Positions 9,956 to 22,576 of a DNA stretch of 64,000 nucleotides are shown one piece after another. Source of the DNA: an uncultured Planctomycetaceae bacterium (lineage in GTDB: Bacteria > Planctomycetota > Planctomycetia > Planctomycetales > Planctomycetaceae). A model generated the notes under the pieces. It was not told where the DNA came from and ran no database searches. It saw nothing but the letters and a program-made list of their open reading frames with translations. The DNA is taken from contig CAWFAK010000005.1 of NCBI GenBank assembly GCA_963813715.1, positions 512,001 to 576,000 of the forward strand, given 5' to 3'. Both the position numbers and the translations under genes were made by a program. Each line of letters starts with the position of its first letter. Positions within the stretch are counted from its first letter, which is position 1.

Positions 9956-10354
9956 CTAGGGGTGGGAAGGAGGAACGGCTGCACCAAGCGCCGGGTAGAT
10001 GTAAACGTCGTCCACGCCGTAGCCCCCAAATGTTCCACCCTGGATGCGAGTGCCGGTCTTCACGGGGAACCGCGCCTGGATGTTCATTGCCGCCCGGATC
10101 CACTCCGGCTTGACTTGCAACTTGACGCGGAAGGGATCGAGATTGGGATCCTGCATCACCTTCGCGACGTTGAGCACCTCTCTATAGGCGTCCGTGAGAT
10201 TCGTGTCCTTGATATGATCTGAGGCGATGAAAAGATACCAGAATGGGTCGTCCGCCTCTTTGAGCCAAAACGCTACTTTTACCGGGTAACGCTGGTCGAA
10301 TTCCTTAAGGAACTGAGCGCCGGCATCAATCCATTCTCGACTGACGTAGTCCAT
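9956..10354 (-). CDS. Hypothetical protein, probable partner (antitoxin-like) of the upstream HEPN protein
   Basis: Co-oriented just downstream of the HEPN gene; AFW...W.LFIAS and D.VYIY motifs. Confidence 0.6.
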   Translation of the reverse strand: MDYVSREWIDAGAQFLKEFDQRYPVKVAFWLKEADDPFWYLFIASDHIKDTNLTDAYREVLNVAKVMQDPNLDPFRVKLQVKPEWIRAAMNIQARFPVKTGTRIQGGTFGGYGVDDVYIYPALGAAVPPSHP

Positions 10355-10449
10355 GCTCTCGCCTTCGTTGGTCGCCGCGAAAGTCCGCTCGCCTCTTTAT
10401 CAAGCGACCGGCCGATTATTTCGGGAACGGAGGTCCCGATCGTATCGAT

Positions 10450-10869
10450 TCACCAATGAATCTTTATCCAAGGAAGAACGCCGTCCGCGTTGTTTGTAAC
10501 GGCTTCATACAACCTCCGGGCTTCGATTTCATTCCATTGGTTGTAGCGTGCCTCTTCATCCCAAGCCTTCACGATCGCCCAATTTTGGAATAGCGTCGGA
10601 TTCAGTCCTGCATCCCGGTCACGGTCGATCTTGAGATCGGCTGCCTCGACCAGCTGGTCAATCTTGTGAGTCCAGCAGCGTTCGGCAAATTTCTTGTCCC
10701 TGAAGATTATTCCTGTCCTTTCCACATACGCCATAACGCAGGCCTTAAGCGCGCATTCAACCGAGTAGCCCGCGAGGTAATAGGCGCCGGACCAGCGTTG
10801 GGCGTCCAAAAGTGCTTTGGCGTCAAGCGTGCGGTCTGCCGTCAATTGTTGCAAATCGGCTCTGTTCAT
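10450..10869 (-). CDS. HEPN domain protein
   Basis: DAKALL....SGAYYLAGYSVECALKA, THKI, W.E..RY. Confidence 0.8.
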   Translation of the reverse strand: MNRADLQQLTADRTLDAKALLDAQRWSGAYYLAGYSVECALKACVMAYVERTGIIFRDKKFAERCWTHKIDQLVEAADLKIDRDRDAGLNPTLFQNWAIVKAWDEEARYNQWNEIEARRLYEAVTNNADGVLPWIKIHW

Positions 10870-11188
10870 TGCCCTCGTCTACTGGCAGATGAGCGATTGA
10901 GGCGGCTTCCGCGATTGCTTTTGATTTGCTGCCCGGTCGAGCTTCAGCACTGTGCGGCTTTCAACCAGGCCCGGGAATCGAATTTTAACGCAATGTCACG
11001 TCCGGTGACTCGTTCGCGAGGCGAATTCCCGGCGATTTCGCCCCCGCCTCCAGTGGATATGTCCCTCCGTTTCGCGTTTAGTCCTGTAGGTGCTTGGCGA
11101 TCGCGTGGGCAGACCGTGACATCCGCTCGCACTCGTTTAGGAGATTTACACAGCACCGACCAACCGCGGGCCGCGGAAGGGTGAACCG

Positions 11189-12134
11189 ATGACCCCTCGA
11201 ATTCTCGCATCTCTGGCTGCCGGCAGCCGCACTCGCGTCGCTGGCCGGAGCCGCCCTGGCCTGTCCGCCGGGAAATCAAAAGAAGGACAGCAGCGCGTCG
11301 CAGCTCGACGTCGCGCCCGACAGCATTCGGTCCAACAGCGTCCGCACAGATAGCCCGCGATCAAGCGGCAGCTCCGACCGGCTGAAGTCCGCGCAGAACA
11401 AGTTCCGCACGATGGTGCTCGAGCAGTTCGACGCCAATCACAACGGCCGCTTGGATTCCAAAGAGCGACAGGCGGCCAACCGCGCCCTCTCGGGCAAAGG
11501 AGGCAGCGCGGCCATCGATGCCCTGCAAAAGGAAGCGCTAGCCCAGTTCGACACGAACCACAACGGCAAGCTGGATAAGACCGAGATTCATAAGGCCCTG
11601 AATTCGGTGAACGCGCCGAAGACCGCTCCGGTCGTAGCGAAAAACTCGTCACCGCCGACGCGCACGGCCACCGCGCAGTTGCAGCAGCAGCTCCTGTATA
11701 ACGGCGTCAACACGACGTCGAGCCAGATCCAGACACTGGAGAATCTGCTGGCCAACAACAGCGGGACCCTGTCGTCCTCCGAGGTCGCACTAATTCAGGC
11801 CTTGCTCTCGCAGCTGCTCACCCAGAACTCGACCGCAAGCTCCGGAACCGGTTTCTTGCCGGCGGCAGTCACCACGACGACTCCCACCACAACCACAACC
11901 GGGAGCAGTTCGACAACGGGCAGCGGCATGTGCAGCGGGAGTTCGTCATCCTCGAGTACCGGATCGTCGAGCTCGGGGACGTCGAGCGGTTCGACCACTA
12001 GCGCCACTCGCTCCGCCAACAATCAAAACTCGAGCGGTGACTTCCTGAGCAGCGCCGGCGGACCCGGAGCGGGCGGGGGCGGCGGATTTGGCGGCCCCGG
12101 CGGCGGTTTTCGCGGAGGCTTCCGAGGCCGCTAA
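11189..12134 (+). CDS. Secreted EF-hand protein with Ser/Thr/Gly-rich tail (probable 1-bp frameshift just after the start)
   Basis: Two EF-hand loops FDANHNGRLDSKE and FDTNHNGKLDKTE; upstream in-frame signal peptide WLPAAALASLAGAALA joins ATG 11189 if one C of CCCC is removed. Confidence 0.65.
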
Positions 12135-12254
12135 GCCGCACGACTGTCGGTCACAGTCGACTCACAAACATTCAACCCGACGGGTGGCTGGGGCGGAACG
12201 GCGAAGAGTCCGACCCCAGCCGCTTGTTTGCGCTCGATGCCGATCTCGCTCGAC

Positions 12255-15200
12255 TCAGTTCGCGCTGGGCGTCGGTTCGGTCGGTTGAGCTGAGGCCGTT
12301 TTCTCGGCCTCTTTCTGGTAGACGGGAATCAGCTCGGCCCGGTACGAGCGTAACGGTCGCGTCAGCTCCCGTTCGACCACGGCGCGGCGGGCCGACCAAT
12401 CCGATTCCCGCACGCCGACCTCGCTTCTCAGCCGATCCATCAGCGAAAGCGTCGATTCGACCGCGTCGATGCAACGTTCCAGATCGTTGAGCACGACTTG
12501 CGGCAACGCCGGTTTGCCCATTCCGCGGTTCGCCCAGCGACCCTGCAAGAAACCCAACATGGCATTGAGGTAGTCCCACCGCTGTTCCGCTGAGGCGAGC
12601 CGCGGCTCTTGAATCAGAAGGTCCATCGCATCGACGACGTCCCGGACGGAGTGGTCGCGCGGGTCGCTGTAATAGATGGTGTAGAGCCGGTGCTGCAACT
12701 GCGCGAACGAACCGGACGCCTCTGACCGGGCATAGAACGCGGCCAGCTCATGATGGAGGAAATAGGTCAGCACCGGGTCGAACGGTTCGGCAAATTCTTC
12801 GAGATGACGCAGTGATTCCAGCGACGGGTGTGCCGCGCTGGCAACCTTGCCGAGCGCCGTGAAGTAGTCGACCCGTCGACGATCGACGGGATCCAGCCGA
12901 CGCTCAAAGCCCGCTTCACCGTTCTCGATGGTCGTGTGCGGATGTTTGGTCAATTCTTCGCGCAAGAGCTTGCGATAGGCCCACGGTTGATCGGTGTAGG
13001 AGGTCATCATGTCGTGCTCGCGCATCACGTCCGATAGTCGCCGCAACAGCTCCGGGTCGTTCCCGTCGACGTTGGGCCACTGGGCGATCCGGCCGGCGTG
13101 GGGCGCGAGGACGACCGCCAGCTCCTCGTTCTTCGGGGCCCAGCGCATCGTTTCTTGCGGCAGCCGAAACGCGAACAGTCCGTTCGCGGCCGTATTGACA
13201 GCCGCCCCGCGTGTGAGAGCCTGGCAATCATCGCCCGCGTAGGCCGCCAGGTTCAGCGCGATCGACCAGTCCCAGCCGAGGTGGGCCAACGTCCGTCGTG
13301 CCTGCGGCGTTTGAAACCGCTCGAGCAGGTTGGGGCGAGCGAGCCCTTTTTCTGACCGCGTGGCCACCAGGGCCAGTTCTCCGGGAGCGACCTCGAGCGC
13401 AGCGACGTGCGGAAAGACCGATTGCAATGTCGCCAGGACGCTCTGGAGCGGCCAAGGGCCAAAGTCGACCTCTTGGAAGCGCTGGGCGAAGATTCCGTCT
13501 TTGGTCAGCTGCCGGGCGGCGGCGGCGTAGAATTCGCGCGTGTAGTGCGACGTGCCCTGTGAAACGCCCGACTGCCCCAAGTCGGCATAGATCACGTCGT
13601 ACGAGCCGCCCTTGGACTGCACAGCCAGGCTCGGTTCGACGCAGAGGATTCGTGCGCGGTTGTCGAGGCGCGGGTTGGGCTCTGCGGCCGACCAGACCGT
13701 GCTTTCGAGAACGTCGATCAGCGCTCGGTCCGCCTCGACGCAGGTGACGTCTTCGATAGGAAATTCCAGGCAAGACGCCAGACCGCTGCCGCTGCCCAAC
13801 CCCAAGATCAACACGTGACGCGGCGCCTCGTGCAGCACCAAAGGCAGGACGGACGGGACGATTTCGCCGGAAAATTGGGGGCCAATTTCGGGCCGCGGGC
13901 AAAAGGTCCCGCAGGGGACGCCGCTTTCCCTTAGCGAAAGCTGCATCCCTCGTTGCTTCCACACAGTGTAAGTGCCGCATTCCCCTTCCCGCTGCGCGAG
14001 CAGGCGGCTGTCGTCGAGAAACGGGAGCAGGCGGCTCTCCTCCGCGTTTCGCCAGGCCATGAAGACGTTGGTCGAGAACAGGAGCCGCGCTGAACGCGAC
14101 GGCTCATAGGTATGGCCCAAGGCACCCACCGCCAACAATGTTGCGGCAGCGATCCATCCGGCGCCCGCGAGCAACTTGCCGCGAGCCGCGACCGCGCGGA
14201 ACACAGCAACGCTGGCAAATGTCGCCGGCAACAAAGCGCCGACCGCCACCAAGAGAGGCAGCGACACTCCGAGCAAAATCAGCCAACGCGCGCCGATCAG
14301 ACCTGCAACAAGAGCCGGGCCGCTGATTGCCAGAAACCTCGGGTGCCGGTCACTTGCGCTCTCGCGGGCCGCCGCCTCGCTCACTGTCCCCCAACTGACA
14401 AGCGCCGCCCAAAGAGCACCGGCGGCGGAGAGGACAACGGCGACGGCCAATCCACGGACCAAGAACAGAAGCGCAACGTTCGAGAGGGTCGCCGTGGCTG
14501 CGAGAAACAGATCCGTCAAAGACCAGAAGAACACGACCGGCAGCGCAGCAGGTCAGCGCCGAGACCACGACAACCAGCGCCATTCGCGGCAGCCGCCATT
14601 CGCTGCGTTCGGCGTAAACGAATCGCCAACTGGCCGCGGCTCCGAGCAAGAAGCCGGCGCAGGCCGTCCACTCGATCGCTTCGGTTCCCGGCATCAGTTG
14701 TTGGACCAGTCGCGCCAGCGAGCCGGCAGTCAGACCGGCGGCAACCGAAGCGAAAACAATCGCCGCAAACGTCAGCGCTCCCGGCGTCTTCGACAGTCGC
14801 GACGGCCACACGCTCGTCGGTCATCAGGTCGTGGTTCGAGGGTCGATGGACCGCCGCCCGCGCCACCCAAGCCGCTGTTACGACGGCAGCGAATCCACCG
14901 GTCCACTGCAGGCCGATCCACGGGCCCAATCCGTAGGCCGTGATCAGGCAGCCGACGCCGGCGCCAAAGCATCCCCAAGCGCCGTCGAATGTCCTGTTTC
15001 CCAACGCCAGTCGTGCCCCACAGGCGGCTGGCACCGCCACCAGCAAAAGAGCCGTCCCCAGCGCCGCTGCGAACTGCGCCTCCGGAGAGGCGAGGGCACT
15101 TAACTCAAAGGATCCATAAACCGATCCCATTCGGTCGGCGAACCAACTGCTGAGCAAGATCCAAATCGCGGGGACGAGAGCGACGATCGCTGACGCCGCG

Positions 15201-15469
15201 CGGGATCGCCCGAGCCGTGATCCGACGGCTCCCATCAGCAAGCCAATCGACATGGCCGCTGCCGTCGCCGCGGAAGTCATCAGGCCGCTGCCTAAGCGGG
15301 CGAACATTTGATGGCAAAAGACGACAGAATACAGCGCGGCAAGCGCTCCGCCACAAAACGAGGTGCCGGCCGTCGAGCGGACCCACGCCAACAATCGCAG
15401 GGAGGTCCGCGCTGCGGGCATCAGGAGAGGGATGCGCGACGTAATCGGTTGGGCGAAATTTCTCGACAT
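12255..15469 (-). CDS. Large membrane protein with spermidine synthase-like SAM-binding domain (frameshifted)
   Basis: Multi-TM N-terminus over ORFs 14516-15469, 14350-14811 and 12255-14534; VLILGLGSG..., VTCVE, YDVI, YTREFY...L..DGIF.Q. Confidence 0.7.
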
Positions 15470-15772
15470 GGCTTCCCTGCCTTGCTTGGCTTCAGCCCGC
15501 TCTGATCGGGCGGCCGTCCGGAGTTCGACGGGCGTGTTGTAATGAAACTCGCCTTTTGCCCCAAGATCAGTGCCAGCTTGACCCTACGCCAGAGCCCGTG
15601 GTCGAGGGGACCGGGCCGACACGCTTGCTTGGACCGGTTGTTGGGGGCTGTTACGATGAATTTTCGCCAGTCCCGACGAGCGACGAACTTACGACGAAGC
15701 CAACCTGTGACGAAGGAGGGCTGGCGGATTCAAGCGCGCGGCGGCCGTGCCGTGACGTCTGTGGAGGTGAGG

Positions 15773-16771
15773 ATGCGCTTTTTCTCGGGAACGGTTCTGG
15801 CCTGCGCGGTGCTGCTTTTAGGAGCGGGCTGCGACTCCGGCGGCCAATCAGCCAGCAGCAAGCCGGGCGGGAAGAAGTACACGATCGCCGTCATCCCCAA
15901 GGGGACGACGCACGAATTCTGGAGGGCCGTCCACGCCGGCGCCGCCAAGGCAGAAAAAGAACTGGGCGACACCGAGATCATCTGGAAAGGCGCGCAACTC
16001 GAGAGCGACCGCGAGGGTCAGATCTCAGTGATGCAGAACTTCATCACCAAGCGCGTCAACGGGATTTGTCTCGCCCCCAACGATTCGCAGGCGCTTCTCG
16101 AGTACGTCGACCAGGCGGTGGGGCAGAACATCCCCGTCGTGATCTTCGACAGCGGCCTCAAAGACGAATCGAAGATTGTCACCTACGTCGCCACCGATAA
16201 CTACAACGGGGGCGTGATCGCGGCACGCCGGATGGGCGAAGTGCTGCACGGGCAGGGCAACGTGATTTTGCTGCGTTACTTCCCCGGCAGCGAGAGCACC
16301 GAGCGCCGCGAGCAGGGCTTTCTCGACACGCTGCAGAAGGAATTCCCCAAGATCGTCATCCTCTCATCCGATCAGTATTCCGGCACGACTCCCGAAGAGT
16401 CGCTGACCAAGGCCACGCAGGTCCTCAACAAGTACAAGAAAGAGGTCAACGGCCTGTTCGCGGTCTGCGAGCCGAACGCCAGCGGTTGCCTGGAAGCGCT
16501 CGAGCAGACCGAACTGGACGGCAAGGTCTGCTTCATCGCCTTCGATCCAAACGCCGCCCTGATCCGCGGGCTGGCCGCCAAGAAAGTGCAGGGGATCGTG
16601 CTGCAGGACCCGGTGAAGATGGGCTACGAAGCCGTGATGTCGATGCACAAACATCTGCAGGGCGAAAAAGTCCCCAAGCGGATCGACACGGGCTCGACCG
16701 TCGCCACGCCGGAAAACATGTCCGAAGCCCGCATTCAACAACTTCTCAAGCCCGACCAGTACCAGGATTGA
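15773..16771 (+). CDS. Sugar ABC transporter substrate-binding lipoprotein (RbsB-like)
   Basis: Lipobox [39 protein letters not shown] upstream. Confidence 0.9.
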   Translation: MRFFSGTVLACAVLLLGAGCDSGGQSASSKPGGKKYTIAVIPKGTTHEFWRAVHAGAAKAEKELGDTEIIWKGAQLESDREGQISVMQNFITKRVNGICLAPNDSQALLEYVDQAVGQNIPVVIFDSGLKDESKIVTYVATDNYNGGVIAARRMGEVLHGQGNVILLRYFPGSESTERREQGFLDTLQKEFPKIVILSSDQYSGTTPEESLTKATQVLNKYKKEVNGLFAVCEPNASGCLEALEQTELDGKVCFIAFDPNAALIRGLAAKKVQGIVLQDPVKMGYEAVMSMHKHLQGEKVPKRIDTGSTVATPENMSEARIQQLLKPDQYQD

Positions 16772-16781
16772 CGGCCCTCGC

Positions 16782-17834
16782 ATGTCCGAGCCGCTTCGGC
16801 TGCCGAACCCGATTCACTTCGGGCCCACGTCGTGGTTGCTGCACCTGATCGCCCGCCTGGGGCCGCTGTTTGCCCTGATGCTGGTGATCATCGTCTTCGG
16901 CGCGGCAGACCGCTGGAAGAACGGCCATGACAGCCAGTTTCTCACCGCGGGCAATGCGCGAACGGTGAGCGCGCCGGTGGCGACCGTTTTCGTCGCCGCG
17001 CTCGGCATGACAGTCGTCATCATCGCGGGGGGCATCGACCTGTCGGCCGGGACGGCCCAATCCCTGGCGGCCACCGTGCTTGCGTGGGGCCTGATGCAGC
17101 CGAGTCTCGCCGCAAGAAACCCTTGGGTCGCCATCGCGTTGACCCTGGGCACGGGCATCGCCTGCGGTTGCGTCAACGGAGCCGTGATCGGCTGGCTGCG
17201 TGTCGTGCCCTTCATCGTCACGTTGGGGACGATGCGCGCCTACCTGGGGTTTGGGAACGGGTTGGCACACGAGACGACGCTGCGCCCCGACGTGGCGACC
17301 GAGGTCCCGAGATGGCTGCAGCACTGGCTGAGTGTGCGGGCTGAGGCGCTCTATTGGGGCTTTCCGCTTGGCGTATGGGCCGCCATCGCCTTGGCGATCG
17401 TGACGGCCGGCGTGTTGCGCTACACGGTGTTCGGCCGACACGTTTTCGCGCTGGGGTCAAACGAAACGGCTGCGCGACTGTGCGGCATCAACGTGATCGG
17501 AATGAAGATCGCCGTCTATTCGCTCGCCGGCCTGTTCTTCGGCATTGCCGGGCTCTACCAGTTCTCACGACTTTCGGTCGGCCAGCCGACGTCGGGGCTG
17601 GGCGTGGAGCTTCGAGTGATTGCCGCGGTCGTGATCGGCGGAGCCAGCTTGAACGGAGGTCGGGGCTCGATCCTGGGAACGCTGGCCGGGGCCGCAATCA
17701 TGGGCGTGATCGACAGCGGCTGCACGCAGCTGGGCCTTTCGAACCCGGTGCAGGATATCGTCCTGGGCGTGGTCATCGTCGCGGCCGTCGTCGTCGACCA
17801 GATCCGGCAGAGCCGAGCCGACCGACGGATTTGA
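16782..17834 (+). CDS. Sugar ABC transporter permease (RbsC-like)
   Basis: [45 protein letters not shown]. Confidence 0.92.
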   Translation: MSEPLRLPNPIHFGPTSWLLHLIARLGPLFALMLVIIVFGAADRWKNGHDSQFLTAGNARTVSAPVATVFVAALGMTVVIIAGGIDLSAGTAQSLAATVLAWGLMQPSLAARNPWVAIALTLGTGIACGCVNGAVIGWLRVVPFIVTLGTMRAYLGFGNGLAHETTLRPDVATEVPRWLQHWLSVRAEALYWGFPLGVWAAIALAIVTAGVLRYTVFGRHVFALGSNETAARLCGINVIGMKIAVYSLAGLFFGIAGLYQFSRLSVGQPTSGLGVELRVIAAVVIGGASLNGGRGSILGTLAGAAIMGVIDSGCTQLGLSNPVQDIVLGVVIVAAVVVDQIRQSRADRRI

Positions 17835-18352
17835 TGCCGACCGACGGGATTTAATTGAGTCAATCGACTCCGACAATCACATCGCTGGCTTGGTCATGGC
17901 GTAGCCGTTTGCCCTCGGCCAGACCCAGGTTGTGGACGGGAGTTGATTGGCCCGCGTTCGCGTCGCACCCAGAACGCCCCGCACACGCGGCCAGGTTCTG
18001 GACACCTGTCACAGGTGCAAATAAAAGCGCAGACGCACCGCGAGACGGTTCTTTCCGGCCAGTTTTTTAGCGCTTTCTTAACAATCCACTCGCGCAATTT
18101 TCAACAGCCAACTGCGCATTTTGTGGCACAAAGGTGCTCATTTTCCGGGCGGACATGAGATTGTTAGATTTCCCACATCTATTCAGATTTCCAGCATTTC
18201 TTGGTCTCTGAGCGTGTTTTCACTGTTGACGGTGAAAAAGCGATGCTGTCTGATCGCAAGTTAAGGCATTGCAGAACTCCAGGTCATCTCCGTAGTTGCG
18301 CTGTTTTTTTGCCAGTCAGATCGATGTCTCATAGCGAATAAGGGGGACGCTC

Positions 18353-19528
18353 ATGTCGCAAAAGAGGTCGGGATTTACACTGATCGAACTTCTCGTGGTG
18401 ATCGCCATCATTGCTGTCTTAATTGCGCTTTTATTGCCCGCAGTTCAGGCAGCCCGGGAGGCGGCCCGGCGAACGCAGTGCCGCAACAACCTGAAGCAGA
18501 TGGCGCTGGCCGAGCACAACTATCACGATGTGAACCAAATGTTTACATCCGCGATGACCTTTCAGAATGGGCCCTACCTCCCGGTTCCCTGCCCGTGCCT
18601 AGGCTACCTCTGCATCGGCTGCGTGAACTTGCATTTCGCCGAGGAAAAGTTGCTTCCGTTCATGGAGGCGCAAACCGTTTACAACAAAATCTGCATGAAC
18701 AACCCGATGTTGCCTCCGTGCTGCGAGCACCCTGGAGGCGCGGCCGCTTGCATCAGCTGCATCTATCTCCCGTGGAAACTCCCGCCGTACACGTACAAGA
18801 ACATCACTTGTCCGTGCCAGGATGCCTGTGCCAACATTAGGCCGGGCGCACAAGTGATTCCGGGGTACGTCTGCCCCTCGGCACCGCGCAGCAGCAATCC
18901 GTTTGTCGAGCACATCTCGTCCTCTGATCCCTGTTTTGCCTTCCCCGGCTCTTGCAAGTTCTTCGCCCCCATGCTCGCCGGTGCCTCCGACTATGTGCCC
19001 AACGCCGGTTACTGCGACGCGGGTCCCTTCGGAAAGTCCTACTTGTTTCAGAACTGTTGCCAAAAAGAGACTTCCCGGATTGGGTCGATCAACATTTACG
19101 AGCAGGGCGTTCCCATCGACAAAATTACGGACGGCACCTCCACCACGCTGTTGTTCATGGAACTGGCCGGCCGCCCCGACTACTGGGTTCGTGGCGTCAA
19201 ACAGGCGGCCGGAGTCCAGAAGACCAACCTCAACATGCCTTACAACTGGGGTGGTTGCTGGGCTTGCGAGGACAACGTCTTCGAGACCTTCATCGGCACG
19301 AATTACCAGGGGCTCTCGATCGCAACGTACACGCCCGGCATGCCGGTTTGTCTGGTGAACTGCACCAACGTCTGGTCGCTCGGCTGGTACAGCTTCCACC
19401 CGGGATCAGAGGGTGTCGCGTTGTGCGACGGCTCGGCTCGGATGATCAGCGAGAACGTGAGCCTCACGGTGCTCGCGCGGTTGCAGAGTTATCGAGGCGG
19501 GAAGCCCGTTCTCGACAGCGCTTTCTAG
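18353..19528 (+). CDS. DUF1559 family prepilin-type N-terminal cleavage/methylation protein
   Basis: [44 protein letters not shown] and the H-X9-DG motif [15 protein letters not shown]. Confidence 0.95.
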   Translation: MSQKRSGFTLIELLVVIAIIAVLIALLLPAVQAAREAARRTQCRNNLKQMALAEHNYHDVNQMFTSAMTFQNGPYLPVPCPCLGYLCIGCVNLHFAEEKLLPFMEAQTVYNKICMNNPMLPPCCEHPGGAAACISCIYLPWKLPPYTYKNITCPCQDACANIRPGAQVIPGYVCPSAPRSSNPFVEHISSSDPCFAFPGSCKFFAPMLAGASDYVPNAGYCDAGPFGKSYLFQNCCQKETSRIGSINIYEQGVPIDKITDGTSTTLLFMELAGRPDYWVRGVKQAAGVQKTNLNMPYNWGGCWACEDNVFETFIGTNYQGLSIATYTPGMPVCLVNCTNVWSLGWYSFHPGSEGVALCDGSARMISENVSLTVLARLQSYRGGKPVLDSAF

Positions 19529-19635
19529 GCCGAAGATCGAGTCAGCAGGCCTGAACGCTTCCCACTTTTTTGGTTGCGACACGAGCCGGGATGGACCGAT
19601 CCATCCCGGCTTGTGCCAATCCTGGAGACCGAAGC

Positions 19636-20250
19636 ATGCGTTCCTTCGCGCGCTGCGCGCCACGATTCTCGCTGACCTGTGTTGTGCTCGCGTTCTTCGC
19701 GGCGGCTGCCCTCGAAGGGTGCGGCGGGAGGCCGTCAGAACAGCAGGCAGTTGATGAATTCTTCAAGAATAATTCAAAGTCCAAACAGGAAGCTGTGGCC
19801 AGGTTCGCGGGGCGGGTGACCGTCGACGGCCTGCCTCCTTCCAGAGAACTGTCTCGCTTGTTCGTCATCTTGAGCGACCCGCAGAAACTCGAGAAGCCTA
19901 AGGATGGATCGATACGATCTGTAAGCTGTGACGACCAGGGCAACTTTGAATTTACGACTTACGTCAAGGGCGACGGCGTACCGTACGGGAAATACGTCGT
20001 GACGTTCGTCCAACTGCACAAACCTACGCGGGCAGGACAGCGCGGATTGGGGTTCATTCAGGAATTCGTCGGCCCGGACGGTCTCAAGAATCTCTACAAC
20101 GATCCGCAAAAGAATCGAAACGAAAAGGATTTCGTCGTCGAAGTCCAGTCACCCGGCAAAACCGATTATGAGTTCGCCTTGTCGGTTGCGGGTAAAGACC
20201 CGGTTCCGGCGCCGAGCGAGTATGCCGTGACGCGCATGCGGGGCAACTGA
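19636..20250 (+). CDS. Lipoprotein with carboxypeptidase-regulatory-like fold, typical DUF1559 partner
   Basis: Lipobox-like LEGC, G.VTVDG.P, D.QG.FEFTTY..GDGVP.G.Y.VTF. Confidence 0.75.
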   Translation: MRSFARCAPRFSLTCVVLAFFAAAALEGCGGRPSEQQAVDEFFKNNSKSKQEAVARFAGRVTVDGLPPSRELSRLFVILSDPQKLEKPKDGSIRSVSCDDQGNFEFTTYVKGDGVPYGKYVVTFVQLHKPTRAGQRGLGFIQEFVGPDGLKNLYNDPQKNRNEKDFVVEVQSPGKTDYEFALSVAGKDPVPAPSEYAVTRMRGN

Positions 20251-20298
20251 GTTGCCCTGCCACACCGCAATCCTGTCGGGGCTGCGTGACCGATCGGT

Positions 20299-20508
20299 CT
20301 AATCGACGCCGACGATCACTTCGCTGGCCTTGATGATGGCGTAGACCGTTTTGCCCTCGGTCAGCCCCAGGTTGTGGGCCGACTGCTTGGTGATGATCGA
20401 GCTGATCTCCTGGCCGCCGGGCAATTCGATGATCACCTCCGAGTTGACGGCACCATCGACCAGCTTCTTGAGCGTCCCCTTCAGCACGTTGCGAGCGCTG
20501 ACTCTCAT
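20299..20508 (-). CDS. TOBE domain / molybdate-binding protein (Mop family)
   Basis: MRVSARNVLKG...GAVNSEV...SIIT.QS...LGL..G....AIIKAS.V. Confidence 0.9.
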   Translation of the reverse strand: MRVSARNVLKGTLKKLVDGAVNSEVIIELPGGQEISSIITKQSAHNLGLTEGKTVYAIIKASEVIVGVD

Positions 20509-20620
20509 CTTGACTCTCCCGGGAGTTCGCACGACATCGTGAGGGATCGGAAAAACTCTTTGACGCGTCGTCATCCCCGTTGTATCTAGTCAAGCATGCG
20601 CACGACACCCTCGACGGCAA

Positions 20621-22047
20621 TTGAACGGGCGACAACGCTCGTGGTTACTCTGCAGTTCCCTCTGTCTGCTGATCGCGGACAACTGCGCCGGCCAAGCGCG
20701 GCCAGAAGCGTCGCCAGTGCCCGGAGGCATCGTGCGATCCGCCGCGCCGCACCCGGCCGACCGACACGCCGACTCAATCACCGTGACGGTCGTTTGCGAA
20801 ACCCCTGAAGGCAAACCGATTGCCGGAGCCGAGGTGACTTGTTTCGAGATCGACGCCTGGACCATGCAGGAGCGAGTGAAAGCGACGCACAAGACCGACG
20901 CCACCGGGACGTGTCGCTTTAATGGTGTGGTGCTCCCACTCGCGGACGTCACTCGGGAAACGCCAACAGCCTCTGCGCCGTGGCAGCCAAGGCGCCGGGC
21001 GCGCTTCCGTCGTCCGTACGTTGTACCGGCAGGGTTCGCCCAAATTTCAGCAGATCAAGGGGTCGACGGGCTCGATGAAATTCGTCATGGAACCCGCTGA
21101 GACGCTCCACGGTCGAGTGACCAATTCCAAAGGTGAGCCGATCGAGGGAGTCGCGGTTTATACCGAACGGCAGCTCTTGTCACGGCCCTATGACGGGTTT
21201 TGCAGTGCAAGAACGGACAAGAACGGCGAGTACAAGATCGCCGATTTGAAGCGGTGGGCTCGACCGAACGACGCCGGCCGCATGGCGATCGATTCGCGCA
21301 AGGGGAACACGGGCACAGCTCACGTGGTGCCGGATTCTTTCGTCGTTCACGTGTGGCATCCGGACTATGGCTACAAATGGGCGTTCGGGCGCGAGCTGCC
21401 CGGCGAATTGAATGTGCAATTCCCCGAAACCGGCACGATCACCGGGCGTGCCATCGACGCGACGACGAAGCGCCCTCTTGCGGGCGTCCAGGTTTATGCG
21501 GAAGTCGACAACGCGAATCGGGGCGGCGGCGATTTTCGCCTGTGGCACTCGAGCAATTGGGCAATCACCGACAACGAAGGCAAATACCGCGTCGCGCTCC
21601 GCGCCGAAAACGATTATCAGGTTTTCGCGCGATTGGACGGCCACCACTCCGTCTCTTTTTTGAAGATCCGTGCGCTGCCGGCAAATACGACGGTGACCGC
21701 CGATGACCTCGAATTCGTTCGAGCGGGTATCGTCCGTGCCCACTTGATCAATGCCGAGACGCAAGCAACGGATTCAGTTCTCCGCGAAGCCCAAGAAAGT
21801 TTCAGTCGTGCTGCGCTGCCAGCCCAAGGGGAGCAAGAACGACCAGCTCTTCCCGGCTGAGTTCACGGAAGGCAGCTCGTTCTTGATGCGAGCAGCCATT
21901 CCGGACTGCACCTATTCAATCGCCGTTGAGGGCAACGACCCGACGATTTCGCCTCAGCCGGGGACCATCGTCTTCAATGTCCAACCGGGCGAAACGGTCG
22001 AGATCGATCTGCCGGTCGATGTCAGGAAGCCGGCCTCGGGTTTGTGA
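20621..22047 (+). CDS. Exported carboxypeptidase-regulatory-like repeat protein (frameshifted)
   Basis: Repeated G.V....GKPI.G..V and TD..G.Y motifs across ORFs 20621-21100, 20922-21860 and 21751-22047. Confidence 0.65.
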
Positions 22048-22528
22048 GGTACAAGTTCGGCCGGTGCATCTCCTGGAAGCGGCTTGGATCGCCGAGAGGC
22101 GTGAATCCGAATTGTGAGTACAGGCCGTGCGCGTCGCGCGTGCCCAGGAGAATTCGCCGCAGTCCTTGCAGGTCGGGATGCTTGAGCAGGTTTTCCACCA
22201 TCCACTTGCCGAGTCCCTGGCCGCGATACGCATCGATGACGAAGACGTCGGCAAGCCAGGCGAAGGTGGCCCGATCGGTGACCATTCGCGCAAAGCCGAT
22301 CTGACGCGATTCGCAAAATAAGCCGAAGCAGAGCGAGTTCTTGATCGACTTCTCAACCACTTCGCGCGGAATGCCGGGCGCCCAGTACGACTGCTCGGAG
22401 AGAAACGCATGAATCGCGGCGACGTCGATAAGCGCCGCGTCGGTCGAAAGAAAATAGGGACCGCGCCGCGCCAACTTGCGCGGCTCGGCCCGCGACCGAT
22501 CGGATTCGGACTGCGATGGTTCGCTCAT
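22022..22528 (-). CDS. GNAT family N-acetyltransferase
   Basis: SYWA.GIP, QIGFARMVTD.ATFAWLADVFV...YRGQGLGK, TRDAHGLY..FGF. Confidence 0.92.
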   Translation of the reverse strand: MSEPSQSESDRSRAEPRKLARRGPYFLSTDAALIDVAAIHAFLSEQSYWAPGIPREVVEKSIKNSLCFGLFCESRQIGFARMVTDRATFAWLADVFVIDAYRGQGLGKWMVENLLKHPDLQGLRRILLGTRDAHGLYSQFGFTPLGDPSRFQEMHRPNLYLTNPRPAS

Positions 22529-22576
22529 GTTACCGAACTGACTCCGTTCATCGCCGGCAGGTTCGCTCCCGCACTC

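Noticed and set aside
15773..17834. Sugar ABC operon lacking an ATPase as a novel transporter
   Set aside because: Split ABC operons with the ATPase encoded elsewhere are common; nothing else here is unusual.
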